From assembly GCF_963921235.1 (NCBI RefSeq), contig NC_086097.1, positions 132,930,001 through 132,994,000 on the forward strand: a stretch of DNA of 64,000 nt. Reading direction: 5' to 3'. Numbering within the stretch: the first letter of the stretch is position 1; every line of letters begins with the position of its first letter. Position numbers and translations under genes: made by a program. The notes beneath the pieces are model-generated. The model searched no databases. It saw only the letters and a list, made by a program, of their open reading frames with translations, and was not told the origin of the DNA. Positions 62,571 to 64,000 of this stretch are shown here, one piece after another. This DNA is from Mobula hypostoma. Taxonomy: Eukaryota.

Positions 62571-64000
62571 ACACAAAATATAAAAACTATAAGACTGAAA
62601 AACAAAGAGTCTATAATCCAAGTCCACATCTAAAACGCAGAAAAAAACCTGGGCACCACTCTTCAGGCCCAGCAGCAACCTCTCCCTTCTCTGGTACAGA
62701 GCAACTGATCAAAAGGCAAGCAGCCAGCACTCAACCTTTGCGCTTCCTTCGATGCTTCAAACTCCCTCATCACTTTAATCAGCAAACAATGGAAGCTTTA
62801 ATCGGCAAAATAGAGCCAAACATCAACTTGCACCCATCCCGCAGCCTGCCTGCTACAAGGTTCGTGCTTGCTACCTCAGCCGCTCAGTGACTGCAGAGCG
62901 CTGGAGCATCCAACAACCTCCAATCTTCAGTACTCGCCTTGATGTTTCAGACACCCTCATCACATTACATGGTGAACAATGGAAGCTATAATCAGCAAAA
63001 TGGAGTCAAACATTGGCTTTCCAGTATAACCACATCTTTCCTATAAAACTATACACAGTTCACCAACTGTGACATCACCAATAAATTCTCCAACTGCAAC
63101 ATAATGGTCCAGCTGCTTTCTTCAATGCCCTGACTGATGAAGACCAGCCTGCTAAATACCCTTTTCACCACCCTATCTACATATGACACCGATGGTGGGT
63201 TTTAGCTACTGACAGCCTGTACAGCCTATAGAACCTTTAATCTCTTGCAACACCTCATTTTTTGTCTGTAGTACTGTATTTTATGAGCAATAATAATAAT
63301 TCCAAATAATAACCTCAAATTTCCTGTTTCAGATGTTGTGGCGACTCCCTCAATGAGCCCTTTTGTGGGCTAGCATGGAGGAAACTGGTGTCTTCCAGTC
63401 CAGGAGCAGACCGAATAAGATTGGCCCATAAACTGAGAGCAAAAATGCCTTCAATTCTTCAGTTTTGTGTTTTAATTTGCATCAAAAAAACTGCATTGTG
63501 CATGATTTGACGTCACCATCTGCAGACATGCAACATATGGGGATTCAGGCTAAAGATATATAAATATGCTACCCAGGCAGACTTTAGCCACGAACATTGT
63601 CAGGACCGTGGGAAAGAACATTTATAACAATGTTGGGCTATTATGAAGCTGTTAGTGTTTCAACTGGATCATAGCTGATCTGTACCTACCACCTCTGATT
63701 CGGTAATTATTTATATCTTTACCTATTAAAAGTCTATGAATTTCAGTTATGAAGTTTTAAGTGGCCTAATTGCATGATTTTTAGATAAATTTGCTCACAT
63801 ATATTATACTGCACAAAAGAAATTCCTCTCTCATAGATTCTAGAGTTGAAAGTAATAATGAATATTTTGCCATAGTTTATGACATTTATCAATAATTCTT
63901 CTGAATCCATTTGAAGTAACAAAGCCTTTACATCGGACATTGTGCATTGGCCTGTTAGCACCATGCCAACATAATCTGTAACCAAGGAAACATCACTATT

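Overview
Eukaryotic, repeat-dense, CpG-poor vertebrate DNA, almost certainly from a cartilaginous fish (HE1/V-SINE-like, Deu-SINE-like, CR1, Rex1/Babar, Penelope and RTE relics; batoid-like repeat complement, which is inference). The only host gene I recognise is the last coding exon of a galanin receptor type 1 (GALR1-like) gene on the minus strand (53942-54259). About 54260-64000 is its intron, and about 1-53000 is downstream intergenic DNA. Nearly every other ORF in the track is a transposon fragment or spurious. Most notable: (1) a decayed ERV-L/Fv1-type (class III retrovirus) gag relic at about 27.5-29.1 kb; (2) substitutions at known ligand-binding positions of the GALR1 exon; (3) a Tc1 MITE with ~190-bp inverted repeats nested in an ancient Deu-SINE in the putative GALR1 3' UTR, supplying the first AATAAA; (4) a Penelope-associated hammerhead ribozyme relic; (5) a pre-miRNA-shaped hairpin in unique DNA; (6) a ~1.45-kb tandem duplication; (7) a Gypsy>CR1>RTE/hAT nest. 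No CRISPR or prokaryotic system is present. All family calls come from reading motifs by eye with no database searches, and repeat boundaries are approximate unless TSDs or TIRs are quoted.
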